The position numbers and the translations under genes are program-made. DNA of 64,000 nt from Eledone cirrhosa. Lineage: Eukaryota. Location of the stretch: positions 361,460,001 through 361,524,000 of the forward strand of contig OZ024742.1 in the NCBI GenBank assembly GCA_964016885.1, written 5' to 3'. The notes under the pieces were generated by a model. The model worked only from the letters and a program-made list of their open reading frames with translations, had not been told where the DNA came from and did not search any database. Positions 1-15,800 of this stretch are shown here, in pieces; within the stretch, counting starts at the first letter, position 1; each line of letters opens with the position of its first letter.

Positions 1-3000
1 TTTACAACAAAAGGCACCCAATACAATCTGTAAAATGGTCGTGTCAGTGACACCACAAAAGACAACCATTACACATTGTAAAGTGGTCATGTAGGTGTTA
101 CAACACAAGGCACCCAATACACACTGTTAAGTGGTCATGTAGGTGTTACAACAAAAGGCACCCAATACGCACTGTTAAGTGGTCATGTAAGTGTTACAAC
201 AAAAGGCACCCAATACTCACTGTAAAGTGATCATGTAGGTGTTACAACAAAAGGCACCCTATACACACTGTAAAGTGGTCATGTAGGTGTTACAACAAAA
301 GGCACCCAATACACACTGTAAAGTGGTCATGTAACTGTTACAACAAAAGGCACCCAATACACATTGTAAAGTGGTCATGTAAGTGTTACAACAAAAGGCT
401 CCCAATACACACTGTAAAGTGGTCGTGTAAGTGTTACAACAAAAGGCACCCAATACACACTGTAAAGTGGTCATATAACTGTTACAACAAAAGGCACCTA
501 ATACAAACTGTAAAGAGGTCATGTAACTGTTACAACAAAAGGCTCCCAATACACACTGTAAAGTGGTCATGTATGTGTTACAACAAAAGCCACCCAATAC
601 AAACTGTAAAGTGGACATGTAGGTGTTACAACAAATGTCACCCAATACAATCTGTAAAATGGTCGTGTCAGTGACACCACAAAAGACACCCTTTACACAC
701 TGTAAAGTGGTCATGTAGGTGTTAGAACAAAAGGCACCCAATACACACTGTAAAGTGGTCATGTAGGTGTTACAACAAAAGGCACCCAATACACACTGTA
801 AAGTGGTCATGTAAGTGTTACAACAAAAGGCACCCAATACTCACTCTAAAGTGGTCATGTAGGTGCTACAACAAAAGGCACCCAATACACACTGTAAAGT
901 GGTCATGTAAGTGTTACAACAAAAGGCACCCAATACACACTGTAAAGTGGTCATGTAACTGTTACAACAAAAGGCACCCAATATAAACTGTAAAGTGGTC
1001 ATGTAGGTGTTACAACAAAAGGCACCCAATACAAACTGTAAAATGGTCATGTAAGTGTTACAACAAAAGGCACCCAATACACACTGTAAAGTGGTCATGT
1101 AAGTGTTACAACAAAAGGCACCCAATACACACTGTAAAGTGGTCATATAGGTGCTACAACAAAAGGCACCCAATACACACAGTAAAGTGGTCATGTAACT
1201 GTTACAATAAAAGGCACCCAATACACACTGTAAAGTGGTCATGTAGGTGTTACAACAAAAGGCACCCAATACTCACTGTAAAGTGGTATGTAGGTGCTAC
1301 AACAAAAGGCACCCAATACACACTGTAAAGTGGTCATGTAAGTGTTACAACATAAGGCACCCAATACACACTGTAAAGTGGTCATGTAGGTGCTACAACA
1401 AAAGGCACCCAATACACACTGTAAAGTGGTCATGTAACTGTTACAACAAAAGGCACCCAATACACACTGTAAAGTGGTCATGTAGGTGTTACAACAAAAG
1501 GCACCCAATACACACTGTAAAGTGGTCATGTAATTGTTACAACAAAAGGCACCCAATACACACTGTAAAGTGGTCATGTAAGTGTTACAACAAAAGGCAC
1601 CCAATACACACTGTAAAGTGCTCATGTAAGTGTTACAACAAAAGGCACCCAATACACGCTGTAAAGTGGTCATGTAGGTGTTACAACAAAAGGCACCCAA
1701 TACTCACTGTAAAGTGGTCATGTAGGTGCTACAACAAAAGGCACCCAATACACACTGTAAAGTGGTCATGTAACTGTTACAACAAAAGGCACCCAATACA
1801 CACTGTAAAGTGGTCATGTAGGTGTTACAACAAAAGGCACCCAATACACACTGTAAAGTGGTCATGTAACTGTTACAACAAAAGGCACCCAATACACACT
1901 GTAAAGTGGTCATGTAAGTGTTACAACAAAAGGCACCCAATACACACTGTAAAGTGGTCATGTAGGTGTTACAACAAAAGGCACCCAATACACACTGTAA
2001 AATGGTCATGTAACTGTTACAACAAAAAGCACCCAATACAAACTGTAAAGTGGTCATGTAAGTGATAGAACAAAAGGCACCCAATACACACTGTAAAGTG
2101 GTCATGTAAGTGTTACAACAAAAGGCACCCAATACACACTGTAAAGTGGTCATGCAAGTGTTACAACAAAAGGCACCAAATACACACTGTAAAGTGGTCA
2201 TTTAACTGTTACAACAAATGGCACCCAATACACACTGTAAAGTGGTCAGGTAACTGTTACAACAAAAGACACCAAATACACACTGTAAAGTGGTCATTCA
2301 ACTGTTACAACAAAAGGCACCCAATACACACTGTAAAGGGTTCATGTAACTGTTACAACAAAATGCACCCAATACACACTGTAAAGTGGTCATGTAGGTG
2401 TTACAACAAAAGGCACCCAATACACACTGTAAAGTGGTCATGTAAGTGTTACAACAAAAGGCACCCAATACTCACTGTAAAGTGGTCATGTCGGTGCTAC
2501 AACAAAAGGCACCCAATACACACTGTAAAGTGATCATGTAAGTGTTACAACAAAAGGCACCCAATACACACTGTAAAGTGGTCATGTAACTGTTACAACA
2601 AAAGGCACCCAATACAAATTGTAAAGTGGTCATGTAGGTGTTACAACAAAAGGCACCCAATACAAACTGTAAAATGGTCATGTAAGTGTTACAACAAAAG
2701 GCACCCAATACACACTGTGAAGTGGTCATGTAAGTGTTACAACAAAAGGCACCCAATACACACTGTAAAGTGGTCATGTAGGTGTTACAACAAAAGGCAC
2801 CCAATACACACTGTAAAGTGGTCATGCAAGTGTTACAACAAAAGGCACCCAATACACACTGTAAAGTGGTCATGTAAGTGTTACAACAAAAGGCACCCAA
2901 TACACACTGTAAAGTGCTCATGAAAGTGTTACAACAAAAGTCACCCAATACACACTGTAAAGTGGTCATGTAGGTGTTACAACAAAAGGCACCCAATACT

Positions 3001-6000
3001 CACTGTAAAGTGGTCATGTAGGTGCTACAACAAAAGGCACCCAATACACACTGTAAAGTGGTCATGTAACTGTTACAACAAAAGGCACCCAATACACACT
3101 GTAAAGTGGTCATGTAGGTGTTACAACAAAAGGCACCCAATACACACTGTAAAGTGGTCATGTATGTTTTACAACAAAAGGCACCCAATACACACTGTAA
3201 AGTGGTCATGTAAGTGTTACAACAAAAGGTACCCAATACACACTGTAAAGTGCTCATGTAAGTGTTACAACAAAAGGCACCCAATACACACTGTAAATTG
3301 GTCATGTAACTGTTACAACAAAAGGCACCCAATATAAACTGTAAAGTGGTCATGTAAGTGATACAACAAAAGGCACCCAATACACACTGTAAAGTGGTCA
3401 TGTAAGTGTTACAACAAAAGGCACCATATACACACTGTAATGTGTTCATTTAACTGTTACAACAAAAGGCACCCAATACACACTGTAAATTGGTCAGGTA
3501 ACTGTTACAACAAAAGGCACCCAATACACACTGTAAAGTGGTCATGTAGGTGTTACAACAAAAGGCACCCAATACACACTGTAAAGTGGTCATGTAAGTG
3601 TTACAACAAAAGGCATCCAATACTCACTCTAAAGTGGTCATGTAGGTGCTACAACAAAAGGCACCCAATACACACTGTAAAGTGGTCATATAGGTGCTAC
3701 AACAAAAGGCACCCAATACACACAGTAAAGTGGTCATGTAACTGTTACAATAAAAGGCACCCAATACACACTGTAAAGTGGTCATGTAGGTGTTACAACA
3801 AAAGGCACCCAATACTCACTGTAAAGTGGTCTGTAGGTGCTACAACAAAAGGCACCCAATACACACTGTAAAGTGGTCATGTAAGTGTTACAACATAAGG
3901 CACCCAATACACACTGTAAAGTGGTCATGTAGGTGCTACAACAAAAGGCACCCAATACACACTGTAAAGTGGTCATGTAACTGTTACAACAAAAGGCACC
4001 CAATACACACTGTAAAGTTGTCATGTAGGTGTTACAACAAAAGGCACCCAATACACACTGTAAAGTGGTCATGTAATTGTTACAACAAAAGGCACCCAAT
4101 ACACACTGTAAAGTGGTCATGTAAGTGTTACAACAAAAGGCACCCAATACACACTGTAAAGTGCTCATGTAAGTGTTACAACAAAAGGCACCCAATACAC
4201 GCTGTAAAGTGGTCATGTAGGTGTTACAACAAAAGGCACCCAATACTCACTGTAAAGTGGTCATGTAGGTGCTACAACAAAAGGCACCCAATACACACTG
4301 TAAAGTGGTCATGTAACTGTTACAACAAAAGGCACCCAATACACACTGTAAAGGGTTCATGTAACTGTTACAACAAAAGGCACCCAATACAAACTGTAAA
4401 GTGGTCATGTAAGTGATAGAACAAAAGGCACCCAATACACACTGTAAAGTGGTCATGTAAGTGTTACAACAAAAGGCACCAAATACACACTGTAAAGTGG
4501 TCATTTAACTGTTACAACAAATGGCACCCAATACACACTGTAAAGTGGTCAGGTATCTGTTACAACAAAAGACACCAAATACACACTGTAAAGTGGTCAT
4601 TTAACTGTTACAACAAAAGGCACCCAATACACACTGTAAAGGGTTCATGTAACTGTTACAACAAAAGGCACCCAATACACACTGTAAAGTGGTCATGTAG
4701 GTGTTACAACAAAAGGCACCCAATACACACTGTAAAGTGGTCATGTAAGTGTTACAACAAAAGGCACCCAATACTCACTGTAAAGTGGTCATGTAGGTGC
4801 TACAACAAAAGGCACCCAATACACACTGTAAAGTGATCATGTAAGTGTTACAACAAAAGGCACCCAATACACACTGTAAAGTGGTCATGTAACTGTTACA
4901 ACAAAAGGCACCCAATACAAACTGTAAAGTGGTCATGTAGGTGTTACAACAAAAGGCACCCAATACAAACTGTAAAATGGTCATGTAAGTGTTACAACAA
5001 AAGGCACCCAATACACACTGTAAAGTGGTCATGTAAGTGTTACAACAAAAGGCACCCAATACACACTGTAAAGTGGTCATGTAGGTGTTACAACAAAAGG
5101 CACCCAATACACACTGTAAAGTGGTCATGTAAGTGTTACAACAAAAGGCACCCAATACACACTGTAAAGTGGTCATGTAAGTGTTACAACAAAAGGCACC
5201 CAATACACACTGTAAAGTGCTCATGAAAGTGTTACAACAAAAGTCACCCAATACACACTGTAAAGTGGTCATGTAGGTGTTACAACAAAAGGCACCCAAT
5301 ACTCACTGTAAAGTGGTCATGTAGGTGCTACAACAAAAGGCACCCAATACACACTGTAAAGTGGTCATGTAACTGTTACAACAAAAGGCACCCAATACAC
5401 ACTGTAAAGTGGTCATGTAGGTGTTACAACAAAAGGCACCCAATACACACTGTAAAGTGGTCATGTATGTGTTACAACAAAAGGCACCCAATACACACTG
5501 TAAAGTGGTCATGTAAGTGTTACAACAAAAGGTACCCAATACACATTGTAAAGTGGTCATGTAAGTGTTACAACAAAAGGCTCCCAATACACACTGTAAA
5601 GTGGTCGTGTAAGTGTTACAACAAAAGGCACCCAATACACACTGTAAAGTGGTCATATAACTGTTACAACAAAAGGCACCTAATACAAACTGTAAAGAGG
5701 TCATGTAACTGTTACAACAAAAGGCTCCCAATACACACTGTAACGTGGTCATGTATGTGTTACAACAAAAGCCACCCAATACAAACTGTAAAGTGGACAT
5801 GTAGGTGTTACAACAAAAGTCACCCAATACAATCTGTAAAATGGTCGTGTCAGTGACACCACAAAAGACACCCTTTACACACTGTAAAGTGGTCATGTAG
5901 GTGTTAGAACAAAAGGCACCCAATACACACTGTAAAGTGGTCATGTAGGTGTTACAACAAAAGGCACCCAATACACACTGTAAAGTGGTCATGTAAGTGT

Positions 6001-6899
6001 TACAACAAAAGGCACCCAATACTCACTCTAAAGTGGTCATGTAGGTGCTACAACAAAAGGCACCCAATACACACTGTAAAGTGGTCATGTAAGTGTTACA
6101 ACAAAAGGCACCCAATACACACTGTAAAGTGGTCATGTAACTGTTACAACAAAAGGCACCCAATATAAACTGTAAAGTGGTCATGTAGGTGTTACAACAA
6201 AAGGCACCCAATACAAACTGTAAAATGGTCATGTAAGTGTTACAACAAAAGGCACCCAATACACACTGTAAAGTGGTCATGTAAGTGTTACAACAAAAGG
6301 CACCCAATACACACTGTAAAGTGTTCATATAGGTGCTACAACAAAAGGCACCCAATACACACAGTAAAGTGGTCATGTAACTGTTACAATAAAAGGCACC
6401 CAATACACACTGTAAAGTGGTCATGTAGGTGTTACAACAAAAGGCACCCAATACTCACTGTAAAGTGGTCTGTAGGTGCTACAACAAAAGGCACCCAATA
6501 CACACTGTAAAGTGGTCATGTAAGTGTTACAACATAAGGCACCCAATACACACTGTAAAGTGGTCATGTAGGTGCTACAACAAAAGGCACCCAATACACA
6601 CTGTAAAGTGGTCATGTAACTGTTACAACAAAAGGCACCCAATACACACTGTAAAGTGGTCATGTAGGTGTTACAACAAAAGGCACCCAATACACACTGT
6701 AAAGTGGTCATGTAATTGTTACAACAAAAGGCACCCAATACACACTGTAAAGTGGTCATGTAAGTGTTACAACAAAAGGCACCCAATACACACTGTAAAG
6801 TGCTCATGTAAGTGTTACAACAAAAGGCACCCAATACACGCTGTAAAGTGGTCATGTAGGTGTTACAACAAAAGGCACCCAATACTCACTGTAAAGTGG

Positions 6900-9800
6900 T
6901 CATGTAGGTGCTACAACAAAAGGCACCCAATACACACTGTAAAGTGGTCATGTAACTGTTACAACAAAAGGCACCCAATACACACTGTAAAGTGGTCATG
7001 TAGGTGTTACAACAAAAGGCACCCAATACACACTGTAAAGTGGTCATGTAACTGTTACAACAAAAGGCATCCAATACACACTGTAAAGTGGTCATGTAAG
7101 TGTTACAACAAAAGGCACCCAATACACACTGTAAAGTGGTCATGTAGGTGTTACAACAAAAGGAACCCAATACACACTGTAAAATGGTCATGTAACTGTT
7201 ACAACAAAAAGCACCCAATACAAACTGTAAAGTGGTCATGTAAGTGATAGAACAAAAGGCACCCAATACACACTGTAAAGTGGTCATGTAAGTGTTACAA
7301 CAAAAGGCACCAAATACACACTGTAAAGTGGTCATTTAACTGTTACAACAAATGGCACCCAATACACACTGTAAAGTGGTCAGGTAACTGTTACAACAAA
7401 AGACACCAAATACACACTGTAAAGTGGTCATTTAACTGTTACAACAAAAGGCACCCAATACACACTGTAAAGGGTTCATGTAACTGTTACATCAAAAGGC
7501 ACCCAATACACACTGTAAAGTGGTCATGTAGGTGTTACAACAAAAGGCACCCAATACACACTGTAAAGTGGTCATGTAAGTGTTACAACAAAAGGCACCC
7601 AATACTCACTGTAAAGTGGTCATGTAGGTGCTACAACAAAAGGCACCCAATATACACTGTAAAGTGATCATGTAAGTGTTACAACAAAAGGCACCCAATA
7701 CACACTGTAAAGTGGTCATGTAACTGTTACAACAAAAGGCACCCAATACAAACTGTAAAGTGGTCATGTAGGTGTTACAACAAAAGGCACCCAATACAAA
7801 CTGTAAAATGGTCATGTAAGTGTTACAACAAAAGGCACCCAATACACACTGTAAAGTGGTCATGTAAGTGTTACAACAAAAGGCACCCAATACACACTGT
7901 AAAGTGGTCATGTAGGTGTTACAACAAAAGGCACCCAATACACACTGTAAAGTGCTCATGTAAGTGTTACAACAAAAGGCACCCAATACACGCTGTAAAG
8001 TGGTCATGTAGGTGTTACAACAAAAGGCACCCAATACTCACTGTAAAGTGGTCATGTAGGTGCTACAACAAAAGGCACCCAATACACACTGTAAAGTGGT
8101 CATGTAACTGTTACAACAAAAGGCACCCAATACACACTGTAAAGTGGTCATGTAGGTGTTACAACAAAAGGCACCCAATACACACTGTAAAGTGGTCATG
8201 TAACTGTTACAACAAAAGGCACCCAATACACACTGTAAAGTGGTCATGTAAGTGTTACAACAAAAGGCACCCAATACACACTGTAAAGTGGTCATGTAGG
8301 TGTTACAACAAAAGGCACCCAATACACACTGTAAAATGGTCATGTAACTGTTACAACAAAAAGCACCCAATACAAACTGTAAAGTGGTCATGTAAGTGAT
8401 AGAACAAAAGGCACCCAATACACACTGTAAAGTGGTCATGTAAGTGTTACAACAAAAGGCACCAAATACACACTGTAAAGTGGTCATTTAACTGTTACAA
8501 CAAATGGCACCCAATACACACTGTAAAGTGGTCAGGTAACTGTTACAACAAAAGACACCAAATACACACTGTAAAGTGGTCATTTAACTGTTACAACAAA
8601 AGGCACCCAATACACACTGTAAAGGGTTCATGTAACTGTTACAACAAAAGGCACCCAATACACACTGTAAAGTGGTCATGTAGGTGTTACAACAAAAGGC
8701 ACCCAATACACACTGTAAAGTGGTCATGTAAGTGTTACAACAAAAGGCACCCAATACTCACTGTAAAGTGGTCATGTAGGTGCTACAACAAAAGGCACCC
8801 AATACACACTGTAAAGTGATCATGTAAGTGTTACAACAAAAGGCACCCAATACACACTGTAAAGTGGTCATGTAACTGTTACAACAAAAGGCACCCAATA
8901 CAAATTGTAAAGTGGTCATGTAGGTGTTACAACAAAAGGCACCCAATACAAACTGTAAAATGGTCATGTAAGTGTTACAACAAAAGGCACCCAATACACA
9001 CTGTGAAGTGGTCATGTAAGTGTTACAACAAAAGGCACCCAATACACACTGTAAAGTGGTCATGTAGGTGTTACAACAAAAGGCACCCAATACACACTGT
9101 AAAGTGGTCATGTAAGTGTTACAACAAAAGGCACCCAATACACACTGTAAAGTGGTCATGTAAGTGTTACAACAAAAGGCACCCAATACACACTGTAAAG
9201 TGCTCATGAAAGTGTTACAACAAAAGTCACCCAATACACACTGTAAAGTGGTCATGTAGGTGTTACAACAAAAGGCACCCAATACTCACTGTAAAGTGGT
9301 CATGTAGGTGCTACAACAAAAGGCACCCAATACACACTGTAAAGTGGTCATGTAACTGTTACAACAAAAGGCACCCAATACACACTGTAAAGTGGTCATG
9401 TAGGTGTTACAACAAAAGGCACCCAATACACACTGTAAAGTGGTCATGTATGTTTTACAACAAAAGGCACCCAATACACACTGTAAAGTGGTCATGTAAG
9501 TGTTACAACAAAAGGTACCCAATACACACTGTAAAGTGCTCATGTAAGTGTTACAACAAAAGGCACCCAATACACACTGTAAATTGGTCATGTAACTGTT
9601 ACAACAAAAGGCACCCAATACAAACTGTAAAGTGGTCATGTAAGTGATACAACAAAAGGCACCCAATACACACTGTAAAGTGGTCATGTAAGTGTTACAA
9701 CAAAAGGCACCATATACACACTGTAATGTGTTCATTTAACTGTTACAACAAAAGGCACCCAATACACACTGTAAATTGGTCAGGTAACTGTTACAACAAA

Positions 9801-12800
9801 AGGCACCCAATACACACTGTAAAGTGGTCATGTAGGTGTTACAACAAAAGGCACCCAATACACACTGTAAAGTGGTCATGTAAGTGTTACAACAAAAGGC
9901 ATCCAATACTCACTCTAAAGTGGTCATGTAGGTGCTACAACAAAAGGCACCCAATACACACTGTAAAGTGGTCATATAGGTGCTACAACAAAAGGCACCC
10001 AATACACACAGTAAAGTGGTCATGTAACTGTTACAATAAAAGGCACCCAATACACACTGTAAAGTGGTCATGTAGGTGTTACAACAAAAGGCACCCAATA
10101 CTCACTGTAAAGTGGTCTGTAGGTGCTACAACAAAAGGCACCCAATACACACTGTAAAGTGGTCATGTAAGTGTTACAACATAAGGCACCCAATACACAC
10201 TGTAAAGTGGTCATGTAGGTGCTACAACAAAAGGCACCCAATACACACTGTAAAGTGGTCATGTAACTGTTACAACAAAAGGCACCCAATACACACTGTA
10301 AAGTTGTCATGTAGGTGTTACAACAAAAGGCACCCAATACACACTGTAAAGTGGTCATGTAATTGTTACAACAAAAGGCACCCAATACACACTGGAAAGT
10401 GGTCATGTAAGTGTTACAACAAAAGGCACCCAATACACACTGTAAAGTGCTCATGTAAGTGTTACAACAAAAGGCACCCAATACACGCTGTAAAGTGGTC
10501 ATGTAGGTGTTACAACAAAAGGCACCCAATACTCACTGTAAAGTGGTCATGTAGGTGCTACAACAAAAGGCACCCAATACACACTGTAAAGTGGTCATGT
10601 AACTGTTACAACAAAAGGCACCCAATACACACTGTAAAGTGGTCATGTAGGTGTTACAACAAAAGGCACCCAATACACACTGTAAAGTGGTCATGTAACT
10701 GTTACAACAAAAGGCACCCAATACACACTGTAAAGTGGTCATGTAAGTGTTACAACAAAAGGCACCCAATACACACTGTAAAGTGGTCATGTAGGTGTTA
10801 CAACAAAAGGCACCCAATACACACTGTAAAATGGTCATGTAACTGTTACAACAAAAAGCACCCAATACAAACTGTAAAGTGGTCATGTAAGTGATAGAAC
10901 AAAAGGCACCCAATACACACTGTAAAGTGGTCATGTAAGTGTTACAACAAAAGACACCAAATACACACTGTAAAGTGGTCATTTAACTGTTACAACAAAA
11001 GGCACCCAATACACACTGTAAAGGGTTCATGTAACTGTTACAACAAAAGGCACCCAATACACACTGTAAAGTGGTCATGTAGGTGTTACAACAAAAGGCA
11101 CCCAATACACACTGTAAAGTGGTCATGTAAGTGTTACAACAAAAGGCACCCAATACTCACTGTAAAGTGGTCATGTAGGTGCTACAACAAAAGGCACCCA
11201 ATACACACTGTAAAGTGATCATGTAAGTGTTACAACAAAAGGCACCCAATACACACTGTAAAGTGGTCATGTAACTGTTACAACAAAAGGCACCCAATAC
11301 AAACTGTAAAGTGGTCATGTAGGTGTTACAACAAAAGGCACCCAATACAAACTGTAAAATGGTCATGTAAGTGTTACAACAAAAGGCACCCAATACACAC
11401 TGTAAAGTGGTCATGTAGGTGTTACAACAAAAGGCACCCAATACACACTGTAAAGTGCTCATGTAAGTGTTACAACAAAAGGCACCCAATACACGCTGTA
11501 AAGTGGTCATGTAGGTGTTACAACAAAAGGCACCCAATACTCACTGTAAAGTGGTCATGTAGGTGCTACAACAAAAGGCACCCAATACACACTGTAAAGT
11601 GGTCATGTAACTGTTACAACAAAAGGCACCCAATACACACTGTAAAGTGGTCATGTAGGTGTTACAACAAAAGGCACCCAATACACACTGTAAAGTGGTC
11701 ATGTAACTGTTACAACAAAAGGCACCCAATACACACTGTAAAGTGGTCATGTAAGTGTTACAACAAAAGGCACCCAATACACACTGTAAAGTGGTCATGT
11801 AGGTGTTACAACAAAAGGCACCCAATACACACTGTAAAATGGTCATGTAACTGTTACAACAAAAAGCACCCAATACAAACTGTAAAGTGGTCATGTAAGT
11901 GTTACAACAAAGGCACCCAATACTCACTGTAAAGTGGTCATGTAGGTGCTACAACAAAAGGCACCCAATACACACTGTAAAGTGGTCATGTAGGTGTTAC
12001 AACAAAAGGCACCCAATACACACTGTAAAGTGGTCATGTAGGTGTTACAACAAAAGGCACCCAATACACACTGTAAAGTGGTCATGTAACTGTTACAACA
12101 AAAGGCACCCAATACACACTGTAAAGTGGTCATGTAACTGTTACAACAAAAGGCACCCAATACACACTGTAAAGTGGTCATGTAAGTGTTACAACAAAAG
12201 GCACCCAATACACACTGTAAAGTGGTCATGTAGGTGTTACAACAAAAGGCACCCAATACACACTGTAAAGTGGTCATGTAAGTGTTACAACAAAAGGCAC
12301 CCAATACTCACTGTAAAGTGGTCATGTAGGTGCTACAACAAAAGGCACCCAATACACACTGTAAAGTGATCATGTAAGTGTTACAACAAAAGGCACCCAA
12401 TACACACTGTAAAGTGGTCATGTAACTGTTACAACAAAAGGCACCCAATACAAACTGTAAAGTGGTCATGTAGGTGTTACAACAAAAGGCACCCAATACA
12501 AACTGTAAAATGGTCATGTAAGTGTTACAACAAAAGGCACCCAATACACACTGTAAAGTGGTCATGTAGGTGTTACAACAAAAGGCACCCAATACACACT
12601 GTAAAGTGCTCATGTAAGTGTTACAACAAAAGGCACCCAATACACGCTGTAAAGTGGTCATGTAGGTGTTACAACAAAAGGCACCCAATACTCACTGTAA
12701 AGTGGTCATGTAGGTTCTACAACAAAAGGCACCCAATACACACTGTAAAGTGGTCATGTAACTGTTACAACAAAAGGCACCCAATACACACTGTAAAGTG

Positions 12801-15800
12801 GTCATGTAGGTGTTACAACAAAAGGCACCCAATACACACTGTAAAGTGGTCATGTAACTGTTACAACAAAAGGCACCCAATACACACTGTAAAGTGGTCA
12901 TGTAAGTGTTACAACAAAAGGCACCCAATACACACTGTAAAGTGGTCATGTAGGTGTTACAACAAAAGGCACCCAATACACACTGTAAAATGGTCATGTA
13001 ACTGTTACAACAAAAAGCACCCAATACAAACTGTAAAGTGGTCATGTAAGTGATAGAACAAAAGGCACCCAATACACACTGTAAAGTGGTCATGTAAGTG
13101 TTACAACAAAAGGCACCAAATACACACTGTAAAGTGGTCATTTAACTGTTACAACAAATGGCACCCAATACACACTGTAAAGTGGTCAGGTAACTGTTAC
13201 AACAAAAGACACCAAATACACACTGTAAAGTGGTCATTTAACTGTTACAACAAAAGGCACCCAATACACACTGTAAAGGGTTCATGTAACTGTTACAACA
13301 AAAGGCACCCAATACACACTGTAAAGTGGTCATGTAGGTGTTACAACAAAAGGCACCCAATACACACTGTAAAGTGGTCATGTAAGTGTTACAACAAAAG
13401 GCACCCAATACTCACTGTAAAGTGGTCATGTAGGTGCTACAACAAAAGTCACCCAATACACACTGTAAAGTGATCATGTAAGTGTTACAACAAAAGGCAC
13501 CCAATACACACTGTAAAGTGGTCATGTAACTGTTACAACAAAAGGCACCCAATACAAATTGTAAAGTGGTCATGTAGGTGTTACAACAAAAGGCACCCAA
13601 TACAAACTGTAAAATGGTCATGTAAGTGTTACAACAAAAGGCACCCAATACACACTGTGAAGTGGTCATGTAAGTGTTACAACAAAAGGCACCCAATACA
13701 CACTGTAAAGTGGTCATGTAGGTGTTACAACAAAAGGCACCCAATACACACTGTAAAGTGGTCATGTAAGTGTTACAACAAAAGGCACCCAATACACACT
13801 GTAAAGTGGTCATGTAAGTGTTACAACAAAAGGCACCCAATACACACTGTAAAGTGCTCATGAAAGTGTTACAACAAAAGTCACCCAATACACACTGTAA
13901 AGTGGTCATGTAGGTGTTACAACAAAAGGCACCCAATACTCACTGTAAAGTGGTCATGTAGGTGCTACAACAAAAGGCACCCAATACACACTGTAAAGTG
14001 GTCATGTAACTGTTACAACAAAAGGCACCCAATACACACTGTAAAGTGGTCATGTAGGTGTTACAACAAAAGGCACCCAATACACACTGTAAAGTGGTCA
14101 TGTATGTTTTACAACAAAAGGCACCCAATACACACTGTAAAGTGGTCATGTAAGTGTTACAACAAAAGGTACCCAATACACACTGTAAAGTGCTCATGTA
14201 AGTGTTACAACAAAAGGTACCCAATACACACTGTAAAGTGCTCATGTAAGTGTTACAACAAAAGGCACCCAATACACACTGTAAATTGGTCAGGTAACTG
14301 TTACAACAAAAGGCACCCAATACACACTGTAAAGTGGTCATGTAGGTGTTACAACAAAAGGCACCCAATACACACTGTAAAGTGGTCATGTAAGTGTTAC
14401 AACAAAAGGCATCCAATACTCACTCTAAAGTGGTCATGTAGGTGCTACAACAAAAGGCACCCAATACACACTGTAAAGTGGTCATATAGGTGCTACAACA
14501 AAAGGCACCCAATACACACAGTAAAGTGGTCATGTAACTGTTACAATAAAAGGCACCCAATACACACTGTAAAGTGGTCATGTAGGTGTTACAACAAAAG
14601 GCACCCAATACTCACTGTAAAGTGGTCTGTAGGTGCTACAACAAAAGGCACCCAATACACACTGTAAAGTGGTCATGTAAGTGTTACAACATAAGGCACC
14701 CAATACACACTGTAAAGTGGTCATGTAGGTGCTACAACAAAAGGCACCCAATACACACTGTAAAGTGGTCATGTAACTGTTACAACAAAAGGCACCCAAT
14801 ACACACTGTAAAGTTGTCATGTAGGTGTTACAACAAAAGGCACCCAATACACACTGTAAAGTGGTCATGTAATTGTTACAACAAAAGGCACCCAATACAC
14901 ACTGGAAAGTGGTCATGTAAGTGTTACAACAAAAGGCACCCAATACACACTGTAAAGTGCTCATGTAAGTGTTACAACAAAAGGCACCCAATACACGCTG
15001 TAAAGTGGTCATGTAGGTGTTACAACAAAAGGCACCCAATACTCACTGTAAAGTGGTCATGTAGGTGCTACAACAAAAGGCACCCAATACACACTGTAAA
15101 GTGGTCATGTAACTGTTACAACAAAAGGCACCCAATACACACTGTAAAGTGGTCATGTAGGTGTTACAACAAAAGGCACCCAATACACACTGTAAAGTGG
15201 TCATGTAACTGTTACAACAAAAGGCATCCAATACACACTGTAAAGTGGTCATGTAAGTGTTACAACAAAAGGCACCCAATACACACTGTAAAGTGGTCAT
15301 GTAGGTGTTACAACAAAAGGAACCCAATACACACTGTAAAATGGTCATGTAACTGTTACAACAAAAAGCACCCAATACAAACTGTAAAGTGGTCATGTAA
15401 GTGATAGAACAAAAGGCACCCAATACACACTGTAAAGTGGTCATGTAAGTGTTACAACAAAAGGCACCAAATACACACTGTAAAGTGGTCATTTAACTGT
15501 TACAACAAATGGCACCCAATACACACTGTAAAGTGGTCAGGTAACTGTTACAACAAAAGACACCAAATACACACTGTAAAGTGGTCATTTAACTGTTACA
15601 ACAAAAGGCACCCAATACACACTGTAAAGGGTTCATGTAACTGTTACATCAAAAGGCACCCAATACACACTGTAAAGTGGTCATGTAGGTGTTACAACAA
15701 AAGGCACCCAATACACACTGTAAAGTGGTCATGTAAGTGTTACAACAAAAGGCACCCAATACTCACTGTAAAGTGGTCATGTAGGTGCTACAACAAAAGG

